Source: Verrucomicrobiota bacterium
GTDB taxonomy: Bacteria; Verrucomicrobiota; Verrucomicrobiia; Limisphaerales; AAA164-E04
Direction of reading: 5' to 3'
Length of the DNA stretch: 64,000 nt
NCBI GenBank assembly: GCA_047947115.1
Contig: CP170459.1
Coordinates: forward strand, 352,001-416,000
In this document: positions 31,068 through 41,985 of the stretch, piece after piece
Position numbering within the stretch: the stretch's first letter is position 1
Layout of the letters: every line of letters begins with the position of its first letter
Program-made: the position numbers and the translations under genes
Notes under the pieces: model-generated
What the model saw: only the letters and a program-made list of their open reading frames with translations
What the model was told of the DNA's origin: nothing
The model's database searches: none

Positions 31068-31667
31068 TCAAATCTGCTTGGGTAAAACGCCAAAACGTCG
31101 CCCCTGCTCCTGAGCAAACGCCAGAGCCAAAGCAAGAGCGTCGGCAGCGTCAGCATCAGGCACTTCATCGAGAGACAGCATGCGCTGCACCATTTTGGCA
31201 ACCGCTATTTTTTGAGCATTCCCATAGCCGACGATTGCCTGCTTAACCTTTCGCGGGGCCATCTCATAAATCTCCAAACCCAGACTCCCTGCGGCCACCA
31301 ATGCAGCGCCTCGCGCCTCCCCCATAACCAAAGCCGTACGATAATTCTGAGCATAAAACAGTCCTTCAATCGCACAAGCCGTAGGTTGATATTTCAGAAT
31401 AGCCTCCCGCAATACATCATGAATGCGAGCCAAACACCGGGAGTTTTTCCAATCCTTCTTGCACACAATCGTCCCCTGCTCCAAAATGATGGACCGCCCT
31501 TGGTCCCACTGAATCAGCCCAAAACCCGTCCCCCTCAATGAGGGATCGATCCCAATGATGACTTTGTGCTGTGGGGCTGCTCCGGCAGCTTTTGTATCGG
31601 CTGCCTTTTTACCGCCGCCGGTCATTCGACCGACCATTTGCTCATACTGTTTGGCGCTGATGGCCAT
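31068..31667 (-). CDS. ruvC: Crossover junction endodeoxyribonuclease RuvC
   Basis: IGIDPS, AIEGLF, GEARG, KQAIVGYGNAQK, DAADALALA. Confidence 0.96.
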   Translation of the reverse strand: MAISAKQYEQMVGRMTGGGKKAADTKAAGAAPQHKVIIGIDPSLRGTGFGLIQWDQGRSIILEQGTIVCKKDWKNSRCLARIHDVLREAILKYQPTACAIEGLFYAQNYRTALVMGEARGAALVAAGSLGLEIYEMAPRKVKQAIVGYGNAQKIAVAKMVQRMLSLDEVPDADAADALALALAFAQEQGRRFGVLPKQI

Positions 31668-32219
31668 TTAGGCTTCCAAGTATTTAAAAATATCCCGATA
31701 AAAATCAGCGTGGCTCTCCCAGGTCTGAGCCGTGATGAACTGTCCATCCACCACACTCTCCTTGTTCACCCATTTGCCGCCGGCCAATTCGACTTCGAGC
31801 CGAACGTTGCAATAACAGGTTACCTTTTTCCCCTCGCAAAGCCCCGCGGCAATGAGAATCTGAATCCCATGGCAAATGGCAAACAACCCCTTGCCTCCTT
31901 TGTGGAAATCCTTAACCAATTTGATGAGAGACTTTTCATGCCGAAGAAATTCAGGCGCACGGCCCCCGATCAGAACCATCCCTGCATACTCCTTGGGTTT
32001 GACCTTCGAGATCGCAATGTCGGCATCGATCAGGTAACCCGGCTTTTCGATATAGGTGTTCCAACCGGGGTAAAAATCATGGATCACACCATTGAGTCTT
32101 TTCTTTTTCGTGGCAGCTATCACGGGAGTATAACCGGCTTCGCGGAATCGATAAACAGCATACAGGATTTCAAAAGATTCCCCTGCGTCATCTGTGACAA
32201 TCAATATTTTTTTGCTCAT
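31668..32219 (-). CDS. DJ-1/PfpI family protein
   Basis: ESFE, GGRAPEFL, catalytic AICHG. Confidence 0.92.
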   Translation of the reverse strand: MSKKILIVTDDAGESFEILYAVYRFREAGYTPVIAATKKKRLNGVIHDFYPGWNTYIEKPGYLIDADIAISKVKPKEYAGMVLIGGRAPEFLRHEKSLIKLVKDFHKGGKGLFAICHGIQILIAAGLCEGKKVTCYCNVRLEVELAGGKWVNKESVVDGQFITAQTWESHADFYRDIFKYLEA

Positions 32220-32284
32220 AAAATGTTAGGACAATTTCGCCTTTTGTTCAAAAGCTGTCGAGTGGTAATTGGGTAATAAGTAAC

Positions 32285-33109
32285 TTATTGAGCGGAACCG
32301 CCAAACCAACGTCGGTAAGTATCCATAGTCATGCGAGCCGCTGAATCTGAATCTGGAACAGGAAACACTTCAGCAGAAAGATATCCCTTGTAGGAAATAC
32401 GACGGAGAGCGGCGGCAATATCGGAGTAGTCCATCATACCGGAACCAGCAGCCTGACGTTGATTATCCACCAAATGAACATGTCCCAACCAGTCCCCGTA
32501 AGTGAGCAACCCCTCAGCAATCGAAGATTCCTCGATGTTCATATGAAACAGGTCAGCCAAAACCTTTACGTTGTTTGGCTTCAACCTTTCCAAGAAATCA
32601 ACCGTTTCCCTGGCGGTGTTCAAAAGATTGCTCTCGTAGCGATTCAGAGGCTCATAAAGCACACAAGTCCCCAAAGCCTTGGCTCGATCCCCCAACAACA
32701 ACAAAGCACCCCCCAACCATTCAAGAGCAAGCTCCCTACAAACCCCATCACCGTGACGCCCCTGCATGGATCCAATAATGACTGGGGCATTGAATCGGGC
32801 GGCAGCATCCAATAATGCATAAATGAAATCCCTGGCTTTCGTGCGAACATCTGAGGAAGGATGAGTTAAATGCCAGCGATTACAAACCCATCCCCCCCCT
32901 GAACCAACAGCGGCAATTTTCATACCCAACTCATAGGGAATATCCGGAAATACTTCCGGCTTTAAGGCTTTAGAGTCAGGTGGAAATATTTCGACTGCAG
33001 GAAAACCCAAATTCTTAGCACGTTTGGCGTGATCCAATGGATCATGCCAATAAACAAAAGGCCCACCCGCAGCTTCCTTTACCAATGAAATTGTAACACT
33101 TGGAATCAT
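32285..33109 (-). CDS. Sugar phosphate isomerase/epimerase (ketose 3-epimerase-like TIM barrel)
   Basis: YEPLNRYE, ADLFHMNIEE, GHVHLVD, SAEVFP metal motifs. Confidence 0.9.
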   Translation of the reverse strand: MIPSVTISLVKEAAGGPFVYWHDPLDHAKRAKNLGFPAVEIFPPDSKALKPEVFPDIPYELGMKIAAVGSGGGWVCNRWHLTHPSSDVRTKARDFIYALLDAAARFNAPVIIGSMQGRHGDGVCRELALEWLGGALLLLGDRAKALGTCVLYEPLNRYESNLLNTARETVDFLERLKPNNVKVLADLFHMNIEESSIAEGLLTYGDWLGHVHLVDNQRQAAGSGMMDYSDIAAALRRISYKGYLSAEVFPVPDSDSAARMTMDTYRRWFGGSAQ

Positions 33110-33239
33110 GAGCAGAACCTTCTCACGATCTGCAAAATTTTGAAAGCAGCATATTTATCATAAAGGGACAGACCTTTTATTGTTGCAGAGCGCACTTTGC
33201 TGGAATAATTTTCTTGAAAATCGATGCTCAGAAGCAGTC

Positions 33240-34250
33240 ATGAGAAAGCCCAGAAAGTTTTTGAAGTTCTCGGATCAGGCGCAATTCTTTCATGTTACCA
33301 GCAGAATTGTTAACGGAGATCAAGTCATTGGCCCTGAAGAAAAAGTCTTCTTCCTAAAAACCATGCGCAGACTTGAAGTGTTCACTGGCGTCAGAATAAT
33401 CACCTATTGCTTGATGGATAATCACTTTCACCTACTCATAACAGTTCCTGCTCCCATTTCTTTAAGTGATAAGGAAATCATCCAACGAATGGAACCCCTC
33501 TACGCAAAACCACAATTGGATTTGTTCAAAGAGGAACTTGAGAATGCCCGCAATCATGGTAAGCATGAACTAGCAGACCTGATGTGCCGAAAAGTGACTC
33601 GACGCATGTTTGACCTGTCCATGTTCATGAAAGATCTGAAGCAACGATTCACTCAATGGTTCAATCGCCGTCATTCCAGAAGAGGAACATTATGGGAAGA
33701 ACGATTTCGAAGCGTTTTGCTGGAAGGCTCCAAACATGTTTTAATGACAACAGGCGCTTACATTGATCTGAATCCCCTTCGAGCCGGTATATGTAATGAT
33801 CCAAAGGATTACCCATATTCAGGATATGGCGCAGCAATGAAGGGGCATCAAATTGAACTGGAACGTATTACAACCATAAACCCAGAAAAGAATCAAACCT
33901 TATCCGCATCTGCTTCTTTGGATTCTTATCGCAATTATCTTTACTCAATTAATCCCCGAAAATCTTTCCATGATGAGACTGCCGATCTTCTTGCTTCATT
34001 TGATAGAAGAAAAGCACTGAAGGAACTTGAGAAATCAGGGACCTTGGATTTTTGGCAGCTATTGAGATGTCGAGTCCGATACTTTTCTTCTGGAACCGTT
34101 TTGGGAAGCCGATCATTTGTGGACTCTTTCTTTATCGATAAACGCGAGTATTTTGGCCCTCACCGGACATCAGGCGCACGAGGTATGAAAGGGGGAGATT
34201 GGCTCGGCATCTATAGTCTTCGTGCTTTAGCAATGAGAAGGTTTAGATGA
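33240..34250 (+). CDS. Y1 HUH transposase (IS200-like/RAYT)
   Basis: FHVTSR, YCLMDNHFHLL (HUH), RGTLWEERFRS, YIDLNPLRAG. Confidence 0.88.
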   Translation: MRKPRKFLKFSDQAQFFHVTSRIVNGDQVIGPEEKVFFLKTMRRLEVFTGVRIITYCLMDNHFHLLITVPAPISLSDKEIIQRMEPLYAKPQLDLFKEELENARNHGKHELADLMCRKVTRRMFDLSMFMKDLKQRFTQWFNRRHSRRGTLWEERFRSVLLEGSKHVLMTTGAYIDLNPLRAGICNDPKDYPYSGYGAAMKGHQIELERITTINPEKNQTLSASASLDSYRNYLYSINPRKSFHDETADLLASFDRRKALKELEKSGTLDFWQLLRCRVRYFSSGTVLGSRSFVDSFFIDKREYFGPHRTSGARGMKGGDWLGIYSLRALAMRRFR

Positions 34251-34257
34251 TGACAGA

Positions 34258-37200
34258 CTACTTTGCCAGGCGAAAGAACTCCTTCATCCTGTTTGGAGAG
34301 ATAGTATAGGAGGTTGAGGAATCCTGGCGCACCCCATTCCCTTCCCCGACTGGCAACCATTCACCCCCCAACTCTGAAGTCGATTCCAAACGGAAGTCTG
34401 TCCTACCCAGCTCCCAGGCCACGACGACATTTGCCCCCTCGGCAACTAATTCCAGATCAGGAGGCCCCAGTCGAGGTTCGATAAACTCGTTGAGAAAACT
34501 ATGTCGACGTTGAATATGATTCATTAAGTTAGATACGCTACCACTACGATTTCCTTCGGCAGCAATTGATTCAATGAATGGCTGAAGAGCCTCAGGCGAG
34601 TGCACGGTGTTGTTAAGCTGGTAAAACAATTCCAAAAACTCATCTTCGTAGGCGATCAAAAAGGAATCTTTGATCCGATTCCACCACCCGGAACGATTAC
34701 CCACATTTCCTATACGCATCTCTTCAGCGCCCCGGTACGGATTAGCATTCCATTCACCAAAACTCCCCCCCAATGTGTTATCCATATCCCAAGGAAACAT
34801 GCACCATTTACCATCTTCCGCTTTTCGATACAGGTAATGATTTTGAAACATGTCATCAAATGTGCCGACATAGTTGATGGTGCATATGTATCGCAGTGTC
34901 AGGTCTACATCAAAATGGTCTGCCAACCAATTTCTCAAAAACACGGCTCCTCTGTCTCTGGCTTGATGCAGACCTTCAATCATAGGTTCAACGATATCCG
35001 CTTTCCCGTCTCTCGGCTCATTAGTCCAATTTCTGGTTTTACGGTTGAAAGTATATTCGTAACGATCACTCTCACTAAAACCGTTGCGCGAACCTTGAAT
35101 CAATCTTGCATCGCCCCAGCTCCAAGGGCCTTCATCAGCGGTATATCCCTGTGACTTGAAGAGATCTCCGACATCATCAAACCAACGATCGACCATATCT
35201 CTTCCAGGTCGTTCGATCTGGAAAGCATCGGGGTTAAAACTACATCCATTGATTCGTAAATTTGCCCAGGAAGTCCTTGGCGCTGGCACCCCCGCCAGTT
35301 CAAACATCTTAAAAGAAACACGCTGAGGCCAACCGGACTGCTTTTGTAAAATCAAAGTGTCTATGTCATCCCAATTCCGATAGGACGGAAATCGAATACG
35401 CCAGCTTCGAACCTGTGCGGATCTGTCCAGATGAGACGGGCAGTCAAAGGAAATAGTCTGCCCTCCCCGTCGATTCCAACGACTTCCCTGATGCCGAACC
35501 GTCACATCGAACACCTGACCCTGTGACACAAAGGTCGCGGACACTTCATTGTTCCAGGTCGGGTTCGGTTGACTTCCCGAAACACGACCGGCAGCGGTCC
35601 AGTTGTGCAGTTGGCGCCAGTTCGAGGAGCTAATAAACAAGTGATATTGATTGGGTTGAATGGTGGCCTCTGCCGGATCGACGAAGTAGGCATGCCAGGC
35701 AAATGCATCACGTTCTGAATCTGGACTTAGGACTGTCAAGCCCTCGTCAGTTTGAAGTTTCACGCGATACCTTACCACTGAATTTGCTGATTGCGCTGGC
35801 AACGTAACGGTCCATTTTATCGGTGATTGAACTCCCTGCTGGTCCACATCTGGCTGCAAGGGCAATTGATTTAATGCTTCATTTTCACGTTCGAAATCAT
35901 CCACGAAATATTCAATCGTAACCGATTGTATATTGTCCAACCGATCAAATTCTGAAAGCGTTGCGACTATCTCCGGAGTCGTTGTGCTGAAAATCATTTG
36001 TGCATTCATCGAAATGGATTCAAAAGTGGACAAGGACTCACAATCCCATTGGGGGTTGGGTCCATTCGGTGCAGGAGAAGGTTGAGCCACCCAGTTCGCA
36101 GGGGACATGCCGGGTGAAACATCACATCGCCTTTGCAAAGAATAGCCCATGATCGGATTCCCAGCGTAACCGTCGGCCAAAGAGGGCCACGGGTAGTCAT
36201 CATCATAGCTAACCTGATCCACCAAGCGCCCATCGGCTCGAATCAATGAAATGTCCCCTCCTCCGTTTGGCAAACCCCCTCCGTAACCTTGAGGCAAAAG
36301 TGAATCACTAAACTCAAACATCCTTTCCAATCGCTCAGGTGACGAGGCTATGGTCAGATGTCGGCCGGGAGATAAAAGTGTTCCTTCCGGAAAAAGATAA
36401 AACACACTGCCGGCAATCACCCAATGATCCAACGACACCATTTCATTGCTGACATTCTGAATCTTGATGAACTCCAAATCCCGTTCATCCTCCGTGTCAG
36501 TCGCCGCGTGGTAAAGAAACTCCGCGATCACTACCTGACTTGGTGCATTAGCGGGACAGTCTTTGAGGAAATTTGCTGCCCCGGGTGAGGGTCTTCCAAT
36601 CGGTGAACCGAACCACTGAGTTGATTGGTTGAGTTCATCGCTCCAACATCCACGCTCAATGGAAGAACCCAAACCATCAGCCGTTACCGGCCAAGGTGAG
36701 GAATCGGAATACTCGATCCAATCCACCGCCACATCATAATTGTTCAACAACCCGATGGATTCACCACTATTTCGCAACCTTCCACGAAATGTGTCGGCAA
36801 TGATGTTGTCGGAAACGCCAAAGGATTCCATCACCGCGCTACGATTTCCCGCCACCAATGCCAGCGCATCCCCAGAAATCACCATATCTGATGGGAACAG
36901 GGCGTTCAAGCCTCTGAGTTTCCACCTGCCTAATGGCACTTCTGTTTGAGAGATGTTGAGGAGTTCTATGTATTCAGCCTCTTCATTCAATACGGGATGA
37001 TACATGATTTCATTGAGCACCACCGGACCAAAACGGTGACGTACATTGATTTGTCCCGGAGTGGAAACATGCTGATAGAACCATTGATCCCCGCCATCCG
37101 GATATCGCCCGATAGAAACGTCCTGGTCCATTGGGCCGAAGGCATAGGACGCAGCTACGAACGACCCATCCTGTGCTGTCAGAAAAACTTGTTCACCAAG

Positions 37201-38604
37201 CGAACTGATCCCAAAACCTGTCAATCCCACACTGATCTCCTGCACCAAAAAACCACCAGCAGTTATGATCGTGGGAGAAGGAATTTGATAGAGCATCAGA
37301 TTGTCCTGCTTATCCGATAGCCACATCCCACCAATATCAACCTCCGTGTCATTTGGATTGTACAGCTCGATAAAATCCGCCGTTTGTGTTCCATTCGCAA
37401 ACACTTCATTGATCACAATCGATCGTTGCTGATCTCCGGTTGTGGCTTCAGCCCGCAGAGTGGCGATCAACTCCGGTCCCATCACAAAATCTGAACTCAC
37501 CCCGATGCCCACATTGTGTCCTTGAATGGCTAGCCAATTGATGCCGGGTTTTAGCAGATCAAGACTGGAGGTTAGATCGATGGCCAACGGATCATAATCA
37601 CTACCGGCATTGGCTGACTGGTCAAAAGGAGGGGGATTACCACTGACCCCTGCGGCTCCGATGCGCACCCCGTTCAAGTAGGCCACGAAACTGTCATCGT
37701 AATTCATGACCAACCGCATGGTTTCAACACGTTGCAAGTCGGCGGCAGGAAGATCAAAGGGAATACGAGCATAAAGGGAAATGTAACTGTTCCGCATGTC
37801 GTTTAGAATGGTCGACAAATGATCACTCTCGGCCGGATCATTGCTGTAGCCGAACCCGCTTTGCCCATTGAGCCAGTTGTCATCCGTTTCAAAATCAGGA
37901 AGTGTCCAGGTTGTATTGCCTGAACTAGGCTCCTGATTCCCTTTGAAGTAGGAGCCCCGGGAACCTTTCCGAACCAAATGAATCATTAGATCGCCGGGAT
38001 CACTCGATGGTTCCGAAGTTCCGGGAGAACCACCGATCGAATGGCTCGCGCTCCAATTACCCGGGAGATCGTTATCAAGAGAATGATCCAAAATCACGAG
38101 TGAATGCCCAGCACCATCGGCTGATGCCGGCCATGCCCCGACGGATCCGTAGCGGAATCTCAGAACCGGATCCCCAAATCCATCCACCAAAACAATCTCT
38201 TCACCGGAGTTGCTGAGTTGTCCTTCGTAATTTCCGAAGACATTCTGGATGCTATAGTGGGCGGAAACAGCATCAGCATCCTTGGCCAACACAAGATATG
38301 ACCCGGGCTGCATCCGGGTTTCATTGGGAAAAACAAACTGAACCCCCTCTTCAAAGTACCATTGTCCCAAATCGACGGATTCGGATCCAGAATTGTAAAA
38401 CTCGATATACTCCAAAGACTCACCTTCGGCCCCATTGTCGCTCTCCGCAGGATGATACATCAGCTCACTGACCACAATCTGGCTTGTCACAATAGGTTGA
38501 ATTCCAAGAGAAAATATCAAAGCCACCACAAGGCGAGAAAGCCACCGCAAGGGATTCGATTTGTACCGACAGGTGGTGTGGGGCATGGATTGACTCGTGT
38601 TCAT
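34258..38604 (-). CDS. Large secreted lamin-tail-domain protein with CotH-like kinase domain
   Basis: Four (V/I)xE(L/I/F/V)xYH-type LTD starts with EYIE, WP..ADG.G.S motifs; CotH-like NHYLY and PWDMD; C-terminal FFRLAK. Confidence 0.88.
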   Translation of the reverse strand: MNTSQSMPHTTCRYKSNPLRWLSRLVVALIFSLGIQPIVTSQIVVSELMYHPAESDNGAEGESLEYIEFYNSGSESVDLGQWYFEEGVQFVFPNETRMQPGSYLVLAKDADAVSAHYSIQNVFGNYEGQLSNSGEEIVLVDGFGDPVLRFRYGSVGAWPASADGAGHSLVILDHSLDNDLPGNWSASHSIGGSPGTSEPSSDPGDLMIHLVRKGSRGSYFKGNQEPSSGNTTWTLPDFETDDNWLNGQSGFGYSNDPAESDHLSTILNDMRNSYISLYARIPFDLPAADLQRVETMRLVMNYDDSFVAYLNGVRIGAAGVSGNPPPFDQSANAGSDYDPLAIDLTSSLDLLKPGINWLAIQGHNVGIGVSSDFVMGPELIATLRAEATTGDQQRSIVINEVFANGTQTADFIELYNPNDTEVDIGGMWLSDKQDNLMLYQIPSPTIITAGGFLVQEISVGLTGFGISSLGEQVFLTAQDGSFVAASYAFGPMDQDVSIGRYPDGGDQWFYQHVSTPGQINVRHRFGPVVLNEIMYHPVLNEEAEYIELLNISQTEVPLGRWKLRGLNALFPSDMVISGDALALVAGNRSAVMESFGVSDNIIADTFRGRLRNSGESIGLLNNYDVAVDWIEYSDSSPWPVTADGLGSSIERGCWSDELNQSTQWFGSPIGRPSPGAANFLKDCPANAPSQVVIAEFLYHAATDTEDERDLEFIKIQNVSNEMVSLDHWVIAGSVFYLFPEGTLLSPGRHLTIASSPERLERMFEFSDSLLPQGYGGGLPNGGGDISLIRADGRLVDQVSYDDDYPWPSLADGYAGNPIMGYSLQRRCDVSPGMSPANWVAQPSPAPNGPNPQWDCESLSTFESISMNAQMIFSTTTPEIVATLSEFDRLDNIQSVTIEYFVDDFERENEALNQLPLQPDVDQQGVQSPIKWTVTLPAQSANSVVRYRVKLQTDEGLTVLSPDSERDAFAWHAYFVDPAEATIQPNQYHLFISSSNWRQLHNWTAAGRVSGSQPNPTWNNEVSATFVSQGQVFDVTVRHQGSRWNRRGGQTISFDCPSHLDRSAQVRSWRIRFPSYRNWDDIDTLILQKQSGWPQRVSFKMFELAGVPAPRTSWANLRINGCSFNPDAFQIERPGRDMVDRWFDDVGDLFKSQGYTADEGPWSWGDARLIQGSRNGFSESDRYEYTFNRKTRNWTNEPRDGKADIVEPMIEGLHQARDRGAVFLRNWLADHFDVDLTLRYICTINYVGTFDDMFQNHYLYRKAEDGKWCMFPWDMDNTLGGSFGEWNANPYRGAEEMRIGNVGNRSGWWNRIKDSFLIAYEDEFLELFYQLNNTVHSPEALQPFIESIAAEGNRSGSVSNLMNHIQRRHSFLNEFIEPRLGPPDLELVAEGANVVVAWELGRTDFRLESTSELGGEWLPVGEGNGVRQDSSTSYTISPNRMKEFFRLAK

Positions 38605-38879
38605 GGATTAAGAATAGCAGAATCAATGCCATTCAGAAAAGTTCAGGTTTCAGGAGATCGTGGCATGTGAGACAGACCAAGCGCTGAAGGCCATCAGAAG
38701 TCAACGCAAAGTGAATGGGATACAATATGTTGATATTGCTCAGGTGAAGCAACGGCATCGACAGCGATGAGTTGCTACCCGTTGGTGATGGGGATCCGCG
38801 TTATCCAACATGAGGCAAAAATCCCTTTTACGCTCGCGCACCCACGGCGGTGGAACCCTAGCTTGTGGCGCAGCCTGGT

Positions 38880-40049
38880 TTAGCGGAAAATAACGCAAAC
38901 TGGAGTCGGCACGTCAACTCTTACACCAGTTGACTGCAAGGCACCTGTGTTTTCGTCAATCTTGAACACCACGACCGAATCAGTTCCCTGGTTGGCGGCG
39001 ATCAGAAACTTGCCGGTGGGATCAATCCCAAAACCTCTGGGGGTCTCACCTTGAGTGGATTCCGTTTCAATCAAGGTAAGTTTTCCGTTTTCGTGATTCA
39101 CTGAAAAAGCAGCAATGCTGTGGTGGCCACGATTGCTTCCATAGAGATATTTTCCAGATGGATGCATGAAGATTTCGGCAGTGTAACTTACCCCTTCAAA
39201 ATCATGGGGCAGTGTGGAAATAGTCTGGATCTCTTCCAGCTTACCCAGCTCTGGGTCGTAGCTGAAAACCACAACGGTATTGCTGAGTTCATTGATAACG
39301 TATCCAAAAGACTGATTCGGATGAAATGCAAAATGTCGCGGTCCCGAACCGGCTTTCACCGAAACGGAAGCGGCTTTGTAGATATTGAATCGTCTGTTCT
39401 TTGCATCAAATGGATAAATAAAAACCTTGTCGACACCAAGATCGGCGGCAACAGCGAAACGATTGGCCGCATCGAGATTGATGCAATGAGCATGGGCAGC
39501 TTCCTGGCGCTGAGGATTCACGCTGGATCCCAGATGTTCGACGACATCGGCTGTGGTTCCCAAGCCACCATTCTCCTCGATAGGCAAAACCGACACCGTG
39601 CCGCTGGTGTAATTGGCGATGAGAGCACTACCTCCAGTCGAATCGATCTGGATATGACACGGTGCGGCTCCCCTGCTTGCCTGTTGATTGATCAACTCCA
39701 AAGCGCCATGCCGGTCGGCAATATGAAAAGCACTCACAGCTCCGGTCTTTTCTCCCTGGTAATCTCCAGTTTCATTGACTGCATACAGAAGGGGTCTGGA
39801 GGGATGCAAAGCCAGAAAGGAGGGATTGACGGACTCAGCCGCCAAACGCACATCGGAAGTCACCTTGCCGGTGTGCGTGTCAAAATCGAATACATAGATC
39901 CCCTTGCTTTTGGCATTGGTGTAGGTACCGATGTAAACTTGAACCGTTTCTGCATGCATCAAATTCATGGACAACAAGCATGCGGCGAAAGCAAACATGC
40001 GTCGACACTTTGTCCCAATTTCCGGTTTCCAAAAGCACAAGGATTTCAT
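38880..40049 (-). CDS. Lactonase, 6-phosphogluconolactonase (Pgl/YbhE) beta-propeller family
   Basis: YIGTYT, NPSFL, ANYTSG, DLGVD, GSGPRH, SNRGH, PRGF, ANQ; exact start uncertain. Confidence 0.92.
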   Translation of the reverse strand: MKSLCFWKPEIGTKCRRMFAFAACLLSMNLMHAETVQVYIGTYTNAKSKGIYVFDFDTHTGKVTSDVRLAAESVNPSFLALHPSRPLLYAVNETGDYQGEKTGAVSAFHIADRHGALELINQQASRGAAPCHIQIDSTGGSALIANYTSGTVSVLPIEENGGLGTTADVVEHLGSSVNPQRQEAAHAHCINLDAANRFAVAADLGVDKVFIYPFDAKNRRFNIYKAASVSVKAGSGPRHFAFHPNQSFGYVINELSNTVVVFSYDPELGKLEEIQTISTLPHDFEGVSYTAEIFMHPSGKYLYGSNRGHHSIAAFSVNHENGKLTLIETESTQGETPRGFGIDPTGKFLIAANQGTDSVVVFKIDENTGALQSTGVRVDVPTPVCVIFR

Positions 40050-40088
40050 GGCACCCATCAATCCCCAAGCGCATGGAAAAATCAAGAA

Positions 40089-40409
40089 TCAAAAAATGGA
40101 TTCGCCAACGATGATGGTTGCATTTGTCCTGAGTTTGGGAATTTGACTTTCAGGAGTCTTTTTCAAATCTCTTAATTTGAATGTCTCCACTTTCTCTTTA
40201 CCTTCATCGGTGTATTTCAAAGTGACATCATCTGCCAACTTTTCATACCCTCCTGCGATGGCAATCGCATCCAGTAAGTCGATACCAATATCCCGAGGCA
40301 CTTCATAGAATCCTGGCTTATTCACTTGCCCCAATATCTTGAATCGTATGATTTCAGGCTGGGCGTTTTGAGCTTCCTTTGACTTTTTCGTCAATGCATC
40401 CACTCTCAT
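40089..40409 (-). CDS. Small SLBB-domain protein (possibly a fragment)
   Basis: ILGQVNKPGFY, LLDAIAIAGG, C-terminal IIVGESIF as in polysaccharide-export SLBB domains. Confidence 0.7.
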   Translation of the reverse strand: MRVDALTKKSKEAQNAQPEIIRFKILGQVNKPGFYEVPRDIGIDLLDAIAIAGGYEKLADDVTLKYTDEGKEKVETFKLRDLKKTPESQIPKLRTNATIIVGESIF

Positions 40410-40471
40410 AAGGACGCCTTGGAATGAAAGTAATTCCTACTGCACCCTTCAGATAGAATCCCGCGACTGCG

Positions 40472-41985
40472 CATGCGCGTCAGGATAAAGCCAGGAGGTT
40501 TTGTTCATAGTTTTGACGAGATCGTTTGTCATATTTGCATTGGTATCTCATTTGTATAGGGATAGCATCGCTGACTTGTACATTCCACGCTTCAAAACAC
40601 AGAGCCAAAAAGTAATCTCCCAGTAGAGCAGCCACTTTCAACATGCTCAAATGCGCCGCGTTGCAAGTCTGCCCCGGGGCAAGCCAGTCACGCTCTATCA
40701 AGTTTGTAAGAACGGTAATAAAAATGAGTCGTGCACAAACCACTATCCGGAGTTGCTCTGCAGAACCGTCAGGAACCTCGGTGATACGAAAATGGCTTTT
40801 CCATGCCTTAAAAATGGTTTCTATCCGCCAGCGCAAACCGTAGATCTTTGCCACTTCTTTTGCTGTGCATTCGTTCTGGGGAACATTGGTTGTGAATATC
40901 GCCCAACCAAGCAACTCCAACCTTTGGGCATTGGGCTTTCGCCTTTTATCACGATTGCTCTTGGCTTTGCGTCGCCGTTCTGCCGCGATCTCATCGGGAA
41001 GTTTGATGGCCACCAATCGCACGGGTAACTGCTTATCTGAGAGCAAAACATCAAAGTCCAAATTTCCTAATCGTTTCAGTTTTTTGAGTAAATCGATTTT
41101 TTCTCCTGTGGCTGGGTCCCTCACTTCGATATCCAATCGGATTCGACTCAAATAATAGGCTCCAGCGTTTGCTATCTGTTGGAATGATTCTATCACGAAA
41201 TAGCCCAAGTCACGGAGTATTAAGTCCCCCTTACGTATGACTTTCAAAATATCATAAGTTGCGGTTTGGTCGTTACGTCTAAATCCACTTATCCCGAAGT
41301 AGAGGAATTGTTGATTTTGTATATCCTGAATGGCTTGTATTTTCAGCGATGCAATTTTGGAACCACTTTGGTTAGCCGAACCGGGAAAAGCAGCCGCCAG
41401 TTTCGAATTTACTTTGATGGTCGTGCTATCATGAACAAGGATTCGTGGAAATCGATTGAACTTGTTTGGGACGTTGCGGCCATTGTCTTTGGATTTGGCG
41501 CTTAATACTAGCGCCAGGATGCATTGAATATAATTCACAGCGCCCTGGTTCATTCGTTCCCACAATGACTGTTTGGCAATAGTATTATTGCTCAAAATTC
41601 CCAACAAAGTCGCCCATCGACTCAAACTTGCGGTGCCTTGGCAAACCAATAGAATAGTCGCTTGTAGAAAAAATTCGGGCATTATTTTTCGCGGAGTTCG
41701 CAGGACAAAGCCGGTGGCGCGAGCAAGTGTCTGGAAATCGAAATCAGCGAACCAACCGGTTAATGTTTGGGCACATCGGTGCCATTCATGAGGCAGGGAA
41801 ACCCCTTGTGAATCTGGGAGTAAAGTCAAACATTTGGGTTGAGGTCTTGTTGTGTGTTGAAGATCTGAAGATGATATTGTCTGACAAGGATTTGTTGGAG
41901 AGTCATTCGGAAAAGTAGAAAGCAAACTGTACATAAAAGTACAGCTTTATCGTTAAAAATAATCATTTTTATCCTGACGCGCATG
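40472..41985 (-). mobile_element. IS4-family insertion sequence
   Basis: Perfect 18-bp TIR CATGCGCGTCAGGATAAA; 10-bp target duplication CGCGACTGCG at 40462-40471 and 41986-41995. Confidence 0.93.
40480..41934 (-). CDS. IS4-family DDE transposase
   Basis: HDST, RDLGY, YGLRWRIETIFKAWKS (YREK motif). Confidence 0.93.
   Translation of the reverse strand: MYSLLSTFPNDSPTNPCQTISSSDLQHTTRPQPKCLTLLPDSQGVSLPHEWHRCAQTLTGWFADFDFQTLARATGFVLRTPRKIMPEFFLQATILLVCQGTASLSRWATLLGILSNNTIAKQSLWERMNQGAVNYIQCILALVLSAKSKDNGRNVPNKFNRFPRILVHDSTTIKVNSKLAAAFPGSANQSGSKIASLKIQAIQDIQNQQFLYFGISGFRRNDQTATYDILKVIRKGDLILRDLGYFVIESFQQIANAGAYYLSRIRLDIEVRDPATGEKIDLLKKLKRLGNLDFDVLLSDKQLPVRLVAIKLPDEIAAERRRKAKSNRDKRRKPNAQRLELLGWAIFTTNVPQNECTAKEVAKIYGLRWRIETIFKAWKSHFRITEVPDGSAEQLRIVVCARLIFITVLTNLIERDWLAPGQTCNAAHLSMLKVAALLGDYFLALCFEAWNVQVSDAIPIQMRYQCKYDKRSRQNYEQNLLALS

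Noticed and set aside
39120..40175. 351-aa plus-strand ORF
   Set aside because: Antisense to the lactonase gene
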